From Phallusia mammillata (taxonomy: Eukaryota), in assembly GCA_965637545.1 (NCBI GenBank), contig OZ281497.1, positions 10,106,001-10,170,000 on the forward strand: DNA of 64,000 bases. Direction: 5' to 3'. The notes beneath the pieces are model-generated. The model searched no databases. It was not told where the DNA came from and saw only the letters and a program-made list of their open reading frames with translations. This document shows, one piece after another, positions 36,932 to 51,900 of the stretch; within the stretch, counting starts at the first letter, position 1, and each line of letters starts with the position of its first letter. Position numbers and translations under genes: made by a program.

Positions 36932-39900
36932 CTATTTTTGCAGCAGCCAGCATGCTATGACTGTAAGAGCCATAAGCGACCAGGTAGTTGATAGATTGGT
37001 TCCTCCACATGTCGGACATTGGGGGTCATTGTAAAGTGGTTTCACAACGTCACTGTGATGTAATTAATAGTAGTAGTTAGATTTTATGCTCAACAGGTTT
37101 AACGCCCCGTAAAATCTTTGCACTCCTTTGCGAGCTAATTTAGGTTTATGCTAGCTATACAAGACAGGTTAAGTTATCAAAGTATGATTTTTTACGTGAA
37201 AAAGTGTATGGTTTATGGTAAATTTGGACACGAAAAAAAAACGTTCAAAATATAAATTTAACTATTTCACATCTCAATTTGATCACAAGTTTTTGATCAA
37301 CCATATAAAGCTCTTCTGGCAATTGTGTTTTTGTACCGACGCTTTGACGTCCTATACAGGTCGCCTTCGTTAGGATAAATACACTTGACTATCGGCAACC
37401 TAAACTACATGTACTGACCTCTTCTCGTCTGGCCCATCAGCTGATCCTTCTCCTGAACCCGAATAATCACCGGATGATTCGTACGATTCATCTGTTCAAA
37501 AGTAAACAACAAAGTTAATCACACATTTAGAATAGCTTTTTTCAATCACTTACAAGATCCCAAATCAGAGCTTGGTAAAAAGCAAAGGTTTTAATAAGTG
37601 CTAGTGGCGATAGAAAAACCATTTAACGTTTCTCCTGCATTTTTCAATGAACAATTTCAATAAACATTCAACCACTTTGAAACGTCTCAGGTAGGAAAAT
37701 CCTATTATGGCGTCATAAATACCGTTTTTCATAAAATTCTGAGCACCATATATTACCAACCTAAATATTAACACAACAACCGTCCTTAACCGAAACTTAC
37801 CGTCGCTAGGAAACGGATCTCTTCCAACGTAGACATTCTTCAGCTGTCCAATAATGTCACGCATAGCGATGGTTTGTGCTTTAATCACTTGATCGGGAAT
37901 GTGACCGATTATTTCGGGATTTTCTGAACGTTCTTCAACTGACGGACTGTCGTAGCTGCAGATAAAAAGTTTGAATATTATTCTTGAGGTGTGATATAGT
38001 TTATGAGTGGCGCAGTGCTAGTCATTGACATGTTGACGAAAAAACAGTGTTACATAAACTGTACAGTCACATGTCTTAAGATTTGAAGGCGAAATGTAGC
38101 GAACAATAATAGGTTGTTCTAGAATAGTTGTTTCGAATCTAGAATATTAAATCTAAGTCTTGTATAAATTTTAAATATTCAACAGAAAATGTTGGCGGAA
38201 ATATAATCATACATTTTTACAAACTAAGACGTTTGCATTTTTGAATTCATAAATTCATATCGGTTTTTAGATTTTTTTTTGAACATTTTAGATTCGAATC
38301 CAGCTAGACTCCATATTTTTCTTTGATCATCCCTAATGACAACACACCACCTCCTTGTACAGTTTTGTACATGAGCAGACATACAACACTTAGTGTGTCA
38401 CAAGCACTTTTTGGATATTCGATACTAACAGTTCTTCTAAACCTCACAACTACTGAATGACGCCATCACTTACGTTCCTTCCGATTCGCCATTCCAGCAC
38501 GACCGGCTGTCAGTGGCGGCTGCTACGTCGTTACATACAGCAGTAGGAAGATTCGTCCAGTGGTCTTTCGTCGCTCTTAGCATTTCACGCATTTCTGTTA
38601 CTAAGGATTTCAGGCTTGTGTCATCTGAAGGGTCGCTTGTTTTGTCAGTGTCGCCATATTCATATCTGCACATAATGAGAAACAATTGAAACATGATTAA
38701 GAGGGTTGCGGGAGTACACTTGCATTGAAGTGATACAATATACGGGATTTTATCATGTTCCAACAACACATATGTGAGTATAACCCTTAACAATAGCTTT
38801 CTTCCTATCATAATACCCACATCATATTGAGTCAAAAATTTTATTGGCTTACAGTGACCCAAAAAATGGAAATACAAGTCACGAAAAAGTACAAACTAGT
38901 CTTAATGCAAAGCCAACTTACAAATCAGGATTAGGTTGGCTTGAAGTATACGGGTCCACATTTGTCATGGAGTAATCAGTAAAATCACTTTCCCTCAATC
39001 TTTGCTTATGGCGTCTCCTTCCACGTCGAGCTCGTCTAGTGCTTTTCTGTTGGTTGAAAGCAAAACCTTTGTTTTATGCTCGGCTAGGGGGATTTATGAA
39101 GAATTGTCTTTAAAAGTTAATTGCTCACAATAGCAGTTATGCCACCAAAAACGTAGATTTAAAAGAAGTAAAATGTCCATGTTTTTGGAACCAATAAATC
39201 TTGGACCATTGATCAAATTTTGGTAAAATAAGCCCCATTTAAGTAAAACTTCAGTGGTGCACATAAAAAAACGATTTTCTTCAAAAAATCACTTCACTAT
39301 TGAGTGGTAAAAACGTAAACAACGTCATTTGTCCATACCCGGTCTGTATCATCACGCTCATCCATTGAACGTTTTTCCCTGGATGCGGTCAAGTCAAATT
39401 CCACGGTGCCTTCACCTCGCTTTACGCTGCCCGGAAGTTTTGCGAGATAATTCTCGAGATCCGCTGGAGATGGGGTTTCCCCGTTTCCGTTACTCGGCCA
39501 TTCGTAAGAAGGAGGTAAAGCGAAAGATTCCATTCCCCCAAGGTTACCGAATGGCATGAGAAACTCCCCACCAGAGTCGCTAGTGTTGGCTTTTGGTGGA
39601 GTTCCACATAACGCGAAAATCTAAAACGCATCAGGTTGCAAAAATGGCAAATACTGATTAGCTTGATGACAATTTGATTGACCTAAAATTGCCAAACGCG
39701 ACAGGCGTTGAAAATTTAATTTTAGGCACATGAATTTCGCTATCGTTAATAGTAGTGATTAGATGTATAAACCACTTCTGTTTGGGAAGTTGCACTGTTT
39801 AAGACTCCAATGCAACACGCATTAAAACGACTATAAATACCGAAATAAAAAAGAGTTTGTATTTTGTGCCTTAAAGTGCAACCACTGGGGTTATGAAGTC

Positions 39901-42900
39901 CAACACAGCCTAATTTACAACTCACTGACCACAAGTACAGCTGTTTGCAAAATCAATGCAATCTGAAAATGTCGTAGTGCATTTTTACAGCCATTTCGAT
40001 TGAAATGCTTAAACAAGTGTACCAGGCGACGGGCCAAACACAGTGAAATCAAAAGTTGCGACAATAATATCGCGTAAACAGAAATGTTCAGTGCCATCAT
40101 AGATGGAAAGTTCAGTTTTAACAAGGCCACGGCACCTTGAGGCAAACTAAACATAAAACACTGTAATCCAAATCAGCATGTTTTTAACATCACAAAATTG
40201 GAAAATGTGTCATTTTGGGATCGGTAACTTTGCTGGTAAACAGGTTTATATGGACCAACAAAAATACCAAGTACAGCAAAAATGGCATAGACTTAGCTTT
40301 TTGTGCTTACCGTGGTTTGAAGTCGCAGTTTACTGTCTTGTAACGTCATAATTGCTTCGGAAATTCGGATGGCAAACGGGTCGAGTACGCTCTCTATGTT
40401 GTGGTGACCTTCAAGGCGATCCAAAATCAATTGCATGGCGTCTGTAATATAATTGAGGTAATGAATATGGAGAATAGTGATTGTTAAGTACCAGAGAGCA
40501 ATTTAACGAACAGAATGATTAAATTGTTTGATGAGAAACGCAGTTGTCTTGGGGTTAATCTTAAATTGCGTGTTTTTGTATCAATAACCCCATACAATGC
40601 CAAGTAAAATATTGATATAGCATTAAACGCTCTAATTTGAAACACATATTGACAAAATTATTAACACAAACAATATATGCCATCCGTGCATTATAATACT
40701 CGCTTGGGTACTTCATAAAAACTGTTACAATTCAACAAACAAAGTAGGTTTTTAATAACACATATGGATGACAAAGCTGAAACTTGTCTATAAATGTGTA
40801 GCAAAACACACTAATTGCTTAAATTAAAAGTTTGGTGCAAAAAGAAATTTACAAGAGCTCAAACTGTTGTAATGTTCACGTAATGTATTTTGCACAGTAC
40901 ATACGTTAATTCAGTGTGAAACATAGACAAGTCTTGTTTAAGATGAAAACAGCTTTGTTTATTGTGCACATGTCAAGATGGAAAACACAAGCGGTCTCGT
41001 CTGTCGAAAAGTGGCGTTTTCGTAAAGTTGCTAGTCAACTAAAATTATTGCCTCAATGTAAACGTGATCGGCTTCTACAAGAATGAGCAACCATTGTTTG
41101 TTTCACCTAACATCAGTAATATGGTTAGCGATTTAGTTGCGCTTGTGTAACTGCAACTGACAACGAAGCGCTTTCTGTTTGTGAATGCATCATCGCGTTT
41201 TTAGTTGACATGTGAAAACTACTCGGTACAGTATTACAAAGAATATATGTTACATTTTTTACCGACCCAAAATACCCTTTTTAACCCTGATGAAAATGGT
41301 TTAAATTTAAATGTTAAATCTCTCTATTACACGCACTTAAGGTAGCTTATTTAGCAATTAAACAGCATAAATAACTATGAAATGCTGATAGGTTTATTAA
41401 AAAATAGAATTCTTGGCATTTTTGTGGGGTACTAATACTAACTTTATTAACATCACTGTATGATAATGCGCTCGAAATTGACTTGGATGAAGCAGAAGAG
41501 GTTAGAGATAGGCAACTGTGTATTGCAAATGTTGTCTGGATACAAAAAATAAAAGAGCAGTTGTGTATCTGGCTGAACCGGGATAAACTTTTGACTGGTC
41601 TGGGACATTTTTTTGCGTGTTTTCGGGCAATTTAAAGTGATTTTGGCTCTGTTGGTTATTTGACCAAAACCGCTGGTGCAATTTTCCAGCAATAGTGGTT
41701 AGATGATTTGCTGTCGGCAGTGAATTGGAAAAAATCTGCGGCGCTTTGCGCATGAAACAACAACCAGAAACTGGGCAAATATACAACTGCGGTTCTTCAC
41801 CTTTACTTTTACATTATTGGAATAAGATACTTTTAAACGCAAAAAAGTTTAAATGTATGTGGATCGCTATGTGCATGTATACCTAGATTTGCGTGAACGC
41901 ATTCAGAACTCGATTTAAACCAAAAGGAATACATTCTTTTCTATTTTGTTTTACAAAGGCATTCAAGCATCAATACAACCATTGTGTAGAACTCAAAAAA
42001 TGCGGTGAAACCAACAGACATTGTGACATTAATTAATGCTTACTACTTTTGACGTGAACCAGTCAAGGTAAGGCAACACTTGAGATTAAGTTTCAACGAC
42101 ATTGGTTTCTCCACTTCCCATGGGAACAAGTTAAACCACTTACAAACTGTGTTATTGGGTGATAATTGATTGGAACTGGCTTATTGTCTGCGTCACAACG
42201 CCTCAACAATAAACAAGAATCGTTGAAGTGTGACGTAGCGAAGGCTAGATCAGTTTACAGTGTTTTCACAACTTGCTAGATGTTGTTACGTTTAGTGGCA
42301 GGTGAATAACGGGACAGCTTGGTAAACTCTTACGTTTGTTTTGGTGAATTGGTAATTGAAGGTGTTAAGCTCAGTGACCTACCAGCTTTCCACAGAACGC
42401 TAATTCCTGCTATAGCTTTGTAATAAAGAGGTAAATTCACATTTAATCACCGACAATGACCAAAATTAAACACATATTAAAGAAGGTTGTCAAAAAACAT
42501 AAATATTCGTTAGGTAGCCGAAAAACTGGCAAAATACAGCAAATCGACACTACTAGAGCTCAAAACTAAAACTATATTGGGTAGTTGTGTTTCTTAAGTT
42601 GAGAAATGAGAATCTTAAACAGAAAACATTTAAATTTTCACTCAAACCAGGGGGATTAAGCGAAGACTTAAACGAGACAGTGACCGACAAAAACCTGTTC
42701 AGCAACCTGCACTCAACGTTACCAGCAACGCCTAAGACACCAAAACAAAGTCAAAACAAGTTGCTATTTTAAGATCGAGCAGGAAAAAAACATACAATAC
42801 CGAGTGCATCTTGTCGTGCGTAAAGTGGACTTGACAAAACAAAGCGACGAAATTGGGGCTGAACTTGGCTCCCGCCCGCCAAAAGGCCGCAGCTAATGCG

Positions 42901-45900
42901 ATAGGGAATCCGTTTGTTATTTTAATGGCAAGAAAAACCGAAAACACGAACGAAAATTGTCCGCCCTTGGGGTCCATTGTACGGCTTTTGTATGTCTAAG
43001 CTTGTTGAAACAGGGATCGGGGTTGGACATTGTCAAGCACTCAGGTTGGATACTTGAAACTTATTGTTACGTTTAGCTTGGAAAGTTAAGCTGTGGTCGC
43101 TGAAGATTGTTGCTCGTTTCGCGCTGAACAACGTCTGATGGAACATACCACGTTTTAAGTTGTATCATAATTTTGTACCACGCAGTCGTGTCTCTCTTTT
43201 TTAAAGGCAAAGTTAATATTATTTTTGCCTAACGTCACTTGCGTTTTAAGTTGCGTAATATTAAGTCCCATGTCAACTGCTGCAATATACAGATGTATGA
43301 AATCTAAAGAAACCTTTTATTGGTTAAAGCAGAGATTTTTAACCGGTGTTCCGCTGAAGACTAGTGTTTCGCAAGAAATATATTAGTTTGACTACTTTTC
43401 CATGGAACACTGACCGAAAATTACTGGTGTAAAAACGTTCTCTTTCAAAGGGAATTTACCATCATAACCAGTTTGCATGTTCCATCGTAATTTGTAAAAT
43501 GTTATGAAGTGCAACACAGAAGGGAAGAAATATATAGAAAAAAGGATTACTTACGCGTATATATAAAACACACATTATTACGACGAATGCTCGGTCACAA
43601 CCGATGTGCACTACACTAAAAGGAAACACAAACAATTGAAACTTACCTATGTATTCATTCCAAACGGAATTCAAAGTATTGTAATCATGTAGACACCCCT
43701 TCATAATGTTGAGGCAAAGTCCATGACACGGTTTGATGGAAGTGATTCCTTGACATTTGGAGCAATACGACATTTTCATAAAGGCTTTCGTACATTCGTG
43801 AGTCGGATCAAACTGTAATAACAAACAATTGACAATGATTTGTGAGACATTGTGTATGCAGAAATCCGTCGTCACCCCCAGTGCTGATCAACAACAATGG
43901 AACTGAATATTGTGATAATCCTTCACGACAATACTAACGCGAATTATGGTATTATTGTCGTTTGATGTGATCAGCTTAAAATACAACCACAATAAAATCG
44001 TTCGGAGGAGTTTGACAAAAGACATATCCTACTGCAATAATTCTTTTTCTTATCGAACAGTTCTGCATTTTCCGCCAACTAGTTATAAATCCCAAGACCT
44101 AATCAATAGGCTTTAACTCCCTTAATACAGGTATCACATTCCTAACTTACATAGAAAACTTATGTAATATTGGCGTTGTGTCTTTGTGAGCTTGATCATA
44201 AAAAAATGCAAGACACATTTTATGTTGGGTCGCTATAAGTATAAAAGGTGGCTTTGAAAATAACGTCTATATTTAGAAATGATGTTTACATATGGCTTTC
44301 ATTCTTATCAGCAAAATAACATTTCAATCCAAATTCGATGTGTCACGATATTGGAAAAACAAACATTGGTTAAAGACCGAAATAATTAGATTTTCCAGAA
44401 AAAAATCACAATAGCCAAAATATTCATGTGTAATCTCATTGTAATATTTAAGTGACATTGTACCAGAGTCTAATATGGCAATACTAAAATGCGTTTTCGA
44501 TATTAAAAAGTGGGATAACAATTGGATGATTTTAATTGCCTTAAACACGCACTTAACTTAACTAGATGTAAAATTGTGTACTTTAGTCTTGGCGTTTGTG
44601 TCATTAGAGCTAGTGCGTCAATCAACACCAACGCACTTTGATAATTATGACTACCATGAGATGTTTATAAATAATTATGATTTGCACAAGCTCTTCTTTA
44701 ATCTTGCTTTGACTTTTACGGTTAAATCAGCTGCAGGCAGTAACTTAAGAGGTTTGGCCAATGTTTAACCTTAGATAAGTGGTTCTTAAACTGTGCTGGC
44801 GCAAAAAAAACGTTTTTGCACCGTCATTTCAAGTAAAGGGACTTTGGGGCTTGACGTCGAAATGGAGATCATCATTTTAACATATTCGTTAAAAAGAAGT
44901 CGCATCCACCACTTTACATAGTAAGTTTCTTTTTAGCGTATGTATTACGCCTACGGTTTGTAGTGTATCGCAAGCTTAGCCGGTTTTAGAACCACTGCTT
45001 CATTGGGGTTTTATGTCGGAAAATGCCAAGAAACATGGGTTAAAGTTATTAACTAGTTTCATTTTTCTTCCCCAGTGAGATTAATTTCCACATGACAGTG
45101 CGGTTTCCCACCTTGGCAACTTTGAACGCAAGCTCCTTGCCGACCTCCAAACCTCGAATGAAGGATCGTGCGGTGATGAACGCTCGGTGAACCTGAGCAA
45201 ACAAAGGCAATCTGGTTGCGGGGTCGGGTTAGAAAAATATTTGTCATCAGCTGGTGACAGGAAGAGAAATTGTTGACACAAACTCACTGAGGCAAAACTC
45301 TTGACCAACCAATGCTTCAGGTTTTTATTGTATTTTTAAAAGCAATAATATTTGAATAAAAAAATCATGGCACTGTACAGCCTTCTTTACACATTAAATA
45401 AAACAGCTTTTGCTTAGTTAAATGATCTTTATTATTACTACGACAAGCGATTAAACACTGGATTAACTTTAAGAGAAATACATACACGCATGGACAGCTG
45501 GCGTGGCATGCCTTTGAAGGGTTGGAGTCCATCAGTGTTGCTCTTGTCCCCAATACATTGCATGTATTCATCATCTATGATGTAGTTTGAGTTCATCAGT
45601 TTAAAAACCTTCTGTAGTAGCGAGGTAAAGAAGTTGTCAAAGATCTCTTCCATAAGCATTGTTTCCCCACTGAACAGAAAGAAGTTGATAACAGCAGTAA
45701 ATTACAATATATATTTATAGCATATTCATGTTATGTGACATCATTTTTAAAGATAAACTTTAAAGGACCAAATCCTTTGTTATTCGTTAAAGTTTTTACC
45801 AAGTTTACAAATTATTGGATAATTACACAAGCCAATGATATCAGGGACTCATTTCAATGTCTCACGCTATATTTAAGGAACTTACTGGTAATAGCTTTTT

Positions 45901-48900
45901 AGGTTGTCAAATAAGTTCATAAAAATTGCAGAATTGTCCACATACAAAGACCCATATGTACGGAAGAAAAGTCCATCAAGCGAGTTTTTGGCATTGTCAA
46001 CCAGTTTTTGAAAAAAATCTGTACAGAAATTTAATACAATTAGAGCTGATGGGTCTATTAAAACCAGAAAACAGTTAAAAGTGGGTATCTTTTGTTCAAA
46101 ACAATACAAGTAATACTTTAGTTTGTAAGTTGTGGCTGGGTACAGTTAAAGATAAATGCAAATTTGTAAGGTTAATACAGTTAGCATGTCATGAATTTGT
46201 ACGAAATATTAGGGGATTGTGGTGGATTTAAAATTTACATCAAATTTCATGAGTGTTTTGGGGATTTTTCACTTGCAAATGCTACACCAAAATAAACACA
46301 TGATAATTGGTTTTCAATTAAAGCTAATTAGATCATTTTGTTGATGGGCCCTGGTAATTGTCAACAAAAAATGTATTAAAATGGATTAATTTGCTTTGTA
46401 TTTAACCTACTTTGTACAAAACATTCCGCGACAATAAATAACTTATGTGTTTACATTTAAACATTGCTAAACTGTACGTACAATGTCATAAAATTGTATT
46501 TAGGTTTTCAGTTGGTTTTTCCAAAAGTTTGAAGACATTTTTGTGAAAGGAATTGGAAAAAAAGGGTCGATCAAATGGACCATGTCACAAACCTACCTAA
46601 ATGGGGTGACAGAGCAATTTGACAGAGAAAGACGGAAGAAATAGTATTGTAAGTAAATGGGGCGTAACATGAAGGAAGGCTAGAGGAAACCACTTAAGTG
46701 TGCCATATTTTTATCACAAAAAAATTTTAATATATGCTTTTTTTGCATCGCTGTTACATAAATATTGTACACAAGACCTATGATGTGTATAAAACAAACA
46801 CAAAGAAGAGAATTTCCAGTACGTTGGTATTAGTTTTAAAAATTGACACGACATCATCATAAAAGTGATTTAGGCTGGCAGCTAATTAAAATAAATTTTA
46901 ATTGCAGTTAGATTTTAACATTTCCTCAATGGCGCGTCTGGGTTGTTGCAATCAAAAGGAAACTCTGGGTGGTCCAAAAACTCAGATTACTACTAAATCA
47001 TGACAGCTCATATTAGCTCCAGCTAATGGGTTTGGGCATTACATGACATTATTGCATTGAAAAGGTTAGGTTTAAAATAAATATGCGCAGAAATACCAGA
47101 ACATCCGTTATTATTTCCCATCAGCTCAAGAGTCACAATAAGGTGTTTTTACAACTTTATGTATATGTTAAAATAACTCAGCATTATGACCAGGAGTAAC
47201 CACAAGGAAAACAGCACAAAAAAAGAAAAATTGTTTGACATCTGAAAATTAAAGCTGGATTTGGATGAAAATCAACTCATTCAAGCCAATGTACACAAAG
47301 AGAAAAACCACACAACAACTGGGTATGGTTTTCTGACACTAGCGTCAACAAACAGGGAAAATTAATTAATAACCCAGCTCAGAGTGGCCTAACTAAACCT
47401 TAAAGGGCAAATTCCTCACAGGTGGCAGCCAAGTTAATGATTTGGTCCCATAACTGAAGTTGGTTTGTAGCGGAATTCTACGAATGTCTGTGGCGGAAGG
47501 CTTACCTGCGAATAAGACTGCAATGTCGGGCTTCAATGAAGCGCCCCAGGTAATTGGAGATGGAATGTAACGCACAAAGTCGTTCGCCTGGCCTTTCAAC
47601 TATTCGTTCATTGCGCATGGGGAATAGGAGTAATTAAGTGTCAATACATCTGTTTACAATAAGTTCGCAAGCCGTATCTATGCAGTAGTGTTTCAAAATT
47701 TGGACCGTCTTTACATTTTTGAAAACAAACATTTAAAAAACACAAGTTCTTTTCAAGATGCATACCGGCCTTTCATTTGAAATTTTAACCGATTGGGGCG
47801 GCTTTAACCGAACGGTCAATCTACTAAGGTTTAAATGCGAATTTCTTTCGAAAAAACGTGTGAAAAACTTGAGGAAGGGGACCCAGTAAAGCTTTTATGT
47901 TCAACTAATATGAGTAAACTGAACACGTACAATAACAAAAATTCAACAAAATAGTTTTATTGGTGCGAACGTGTTGCGAGGCAGACATAGGACATTTGAG
48001 TCGCCGTTCTGAGTGACATTCCGGGAAGTTGGAATCCCGTGACAGAAGTGGGGATTACGGGGACAAACACAGCTGGACTCTAGCACTCATCTGTCCACTT
48101 CTAATGCACGACAAGCGACCATACAATCTCCACAAAAACCATTACTTCCATTTTTCTCAGGAAACACTTTTATTCCGCAAAATCTTTTGACTATATTATT
48201 GTTGATTATAATAAATTATTACTTTGTGTTTTTCCTAAATGTCCCTGCTCACGTACATAACACAGTATGCGTGGCATGCCGTTTTGGACAAGTTTGACAT
48301 TTTAAACAGCTGCACAAGACAGCAAAAGCAACGTTACCTGGAGTGTTCAACACATGTTTCGCTACCAATTAACAAACCGCAGGAGAATGTTAAACAGGAA
48401 GACAGGCGGCTGTTTTGTCGATATGTGCAAGCTAGTTAACAAGAAGCAAACAAGAACCTGCTTACGGGGTCCATAGGGTCCATGTTTACCGTCTCTATCA
48501 GTCACCGATAAAACGCATTTTCCTACTTCTCAAACACTCGTGACAAAATGGGGGCTTATGTTTGCCCACTTAAGGTAGATTTTAAGCAAACCGTACAGAG
48601 ACAGGGAGTTTTAGAGAAAATGCGATAATAACTTGCTGTATGCAATTCAAAGAATAAAAGAACAATCTTTGAAGTACATGTTACCTGGTTTTAACGACAC
48701 TACAAAAAGCCTTTCCTAATTTCTCAAATCATTGCATTAGGTACTTAAAACTGTACGGACATCAAAGAACTGTTTTTTGAGGATTCGTTGTTTAAAATCC
48801 TTTAACAAACCCATGGCCGTCAAACAAAGTATTGCCAAGATGCCGAAAGATGTCGTAGCCTCCAGGGACAAGGACGACTGTTTGTCATCTGCTTGCACAG

Positions 48901-51900
48901 GCTGCAGTAGCGCAAGAATGGGCAGCCTGGTCTTTCAGGGGCGACTTGTATGGGGAGTATTGTTTGGTTTGGCGAGATCCCTGAACAGGCTGAACGTGCG
49001 AACTGAATTAGCCGGACCTGGAAGGCGCGATAAGCATCTGCAGACTTTCAAGAGTGGTCGTCGAATTGGCCAAGTTGTCGCTTGGAATTTCGGACAACAC
49101 ATATTGGCCATTGTTGTGCTGGTCTCCAAGGGCTTAGTGTCCAGGTAATATAGCGCATACACGGGGTGAAGCCATTTTAATAAATTCGCAGTTGTTTCTG
49201 ATGTAATGAAGTCGCAGTATTAAAGACCTTTGTATCATATTCTTTCTCGGTAAAAATCAAGAAAGTCTGGGGTAAACAACTCAATTTTCGAAAAAATCAT
49301 TATTGTTTGTTCTGCATTTTAAGTCATATCAAAAAGTAGGGGAAACGTTTTTAAAGTGTAGTTGTTAGTAACCCAAAACTGCACCTATTATCGACAAAAT
49401 GTCCCCTTGCCCACATGCATAACTGTAAACACCTGTACAGCAGCTCGCGGCAGAATGTAGCGCTGTATTGTTTACAACTACAAGTGTCGGTGGCTTCAAA
49501 GAGAATCACCTACGAGCGGTGTCTTGCATTTCAGCCAGAGGGATGCGATCGAAGGGATAAGGCTCGTCAAACACGGCAAGAAAGGCAGATGAATGGACCG
49601 AGCAACGTGCGACGGCGGTCAAGACGCAGCGGGGAGCAAATTAAGCAAAGACAAGGCCCGAGAGAACGAATGAGCCGATATATATGCGCTAATGCCTGGC
49701 AAGAGGTTGCGGTAAGATGAAAGGAAGTTAAACCGCACTCGCTTCGAACGACGGCTGCCAAGGCGATTAACGATTTGGAGCGCTGTTTATAACTTGCGGC
49801 AGTGGTGGTTACTGGTTATGATTATAAATAGGAAAATTGTAGGATTTGTCTCGACGAGAGAAACGAACACAACAACCTAAATGTCCACATCATACTTTTG
49901 CGATTAATATTCCTTGGATTATTTCACGCTTTTGATTGAGATTTATGCATATTTCTAGGCAGTTCTTTAGAAATGTTACGTACATATTCATTTTCTAGCA
50001 ATATTGGCAAGATCATATGCGAGTCTTAAGTAAAAAAGCTACCTAAATTGGGATTCAAAATAAAGTGAACCTTTAAATTTTCTCGCAAATTAGTTTTTAG
50101 CGTAAAAACAAGAGAAACGCTTTGAACCATCGCTCCAAGTAAATGCTTATCATTGTTCAGCTGTACTGACTTCTGACGTAAGCTCCTGGCTAAAAAGCTA
50201 CGTACTTGACCTCTGAACCGAGTCATGCTCCCGGCGATGTTGAGATATGTTATTGTATAAAGTTTTCTTTTCTACAGCCGATTAACAAGTAGATAGGGGC
50301 AGGCTAGAGTGGCCAATTACAATCGCGATAAATGTCGTCATTCTTGCGTGTATGACGACATGACCAAAGTAATTTGTTCACCTTCGGGATAAAGCTGGAT
50401 ATAATGAGACGGTTTTACCTTGAATCAAATTCTATATATAACGCGAATGGGACAGAGTGTTGGAATTATAGGCTACACTTCCTCAATCATGTATAGTTTA
50501 GACGTTACTTCGGTGCTAGAAAAACGGTTTCAAATAGGGAAAGCAAAATAAACAAGACATTGCTATGGGATAATGCTTTCCTACGTCGGTAAAATCTCGA
50601 GTGGCAATATGATAATGTTAAAACAATGGAATAAAAAACATTCTAAATTTGCTGTTTTTAATATGGTAAAATTAAAAATTGGTACAACATCTGGAAACGA
50701 GACATTATAAAACTTACGTTGATAATAACATTTCAACCTTTAACCTTCTTGTGACGTAATTATTTTGAACGTCACTCGGACGAGATACATTACCGAACAA
50801 AAATGTCTAATATTAAAACCTTAAAATTATGCAAGCCATATACGATAAACATCTTTCATCATTGGCCAGTCAAACAATGGGTATTTGGTTCAACGTCAAC
50901 AAAATGTATTACCTGGACAACGGACAGGCCCTGACACCAAGCAAGACAATGCTCAACTGGAGCAAAGAAAAAAGTACAAACAACTCCATTTTTGGTGCCA
51001 CAAACTTTTCGTTGGGCGCTGACACCGTCGGCATGTGGGGGTCAAACTCTGTCGTCAGTTCCTGCCACGATTCACGACCGCGTGCCTTAAGGTATGTCAC
51101 TCGTAATTGCTTGTTATGTTACGTGCAGGAAACAAATAGGCTTGGCGAATCAAAACAATCGGCCGCAGGACAGCACTCAACCATCACAAAACCATACCAA
51201 TGACACAGCACAATACCGAGGAAACAAAACGGGCTTTGTAGCGTCTTGTCTTTTAGGTGATGGCTAACAATTTAAAACCGTATGTAAGATAATTTGTTGC
51301 TGTAAACTTGTTTTAAATCATAAATTCATCTCGTCGTGATTTTTATTAATTCTTTGTCGTTGCGTTTGGACCAGTTTCGGGAAACAGTCTTCCTGTGGCT
51401 GTCTCAAAAGCCAAAGCAAAACTTATTCCTGCCCTTTTATTTGTAGAGCCATTATAATAGAAGTACTGTATTAAGATCGACCTAATGACTAAAACAACAG
51501 CGGAAAAGGAAGTAAACGGCCGAAATCACAGGAAATTAGAAACAGCTGAACGATAAGGTTGATTGTAAGCTACAAAATACACGATAAGCTACTTTTTTCA
51601 CCCAACCGCATTCATCTAGCCGCCTTGTATAACCAACAGGCGGTATGTTACAGCGGTTTGTAAGCAAACTAAAAAATGCCAATTTAGACAGTTTTTAGCA
51701 TGTAACCGTCAAAAGCGAGCTCAAACGAGAAGAAGGTATTAGTGAACGATTTTAAACGCTTGAGCTACCCCGGAGCCCCGCAAGTTACGTAACAGGATAA
51801 ACCTTGTTTTCAATATTGCTTCAACAAATTTATACAATTCAGTTACAGTACGTTAAAAATAATTACTTCGAAAACGACTAAAAATGTGTAAATCTCTTTG

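Noticed and set aside
45081-45308. ORF-track peptide MVKSFASV...
   Set aside because: Wrong frame; the glypican exon 45192..45112 (VHRAFITARSFIRGL...) lies inside it in another frame.
50829-51203. 124-aa plus-strand ORF in the glypican intron as a nested gene
   Set aside because: No recognisable homology; kept only as part of the regulatory/antisense hypotheses.
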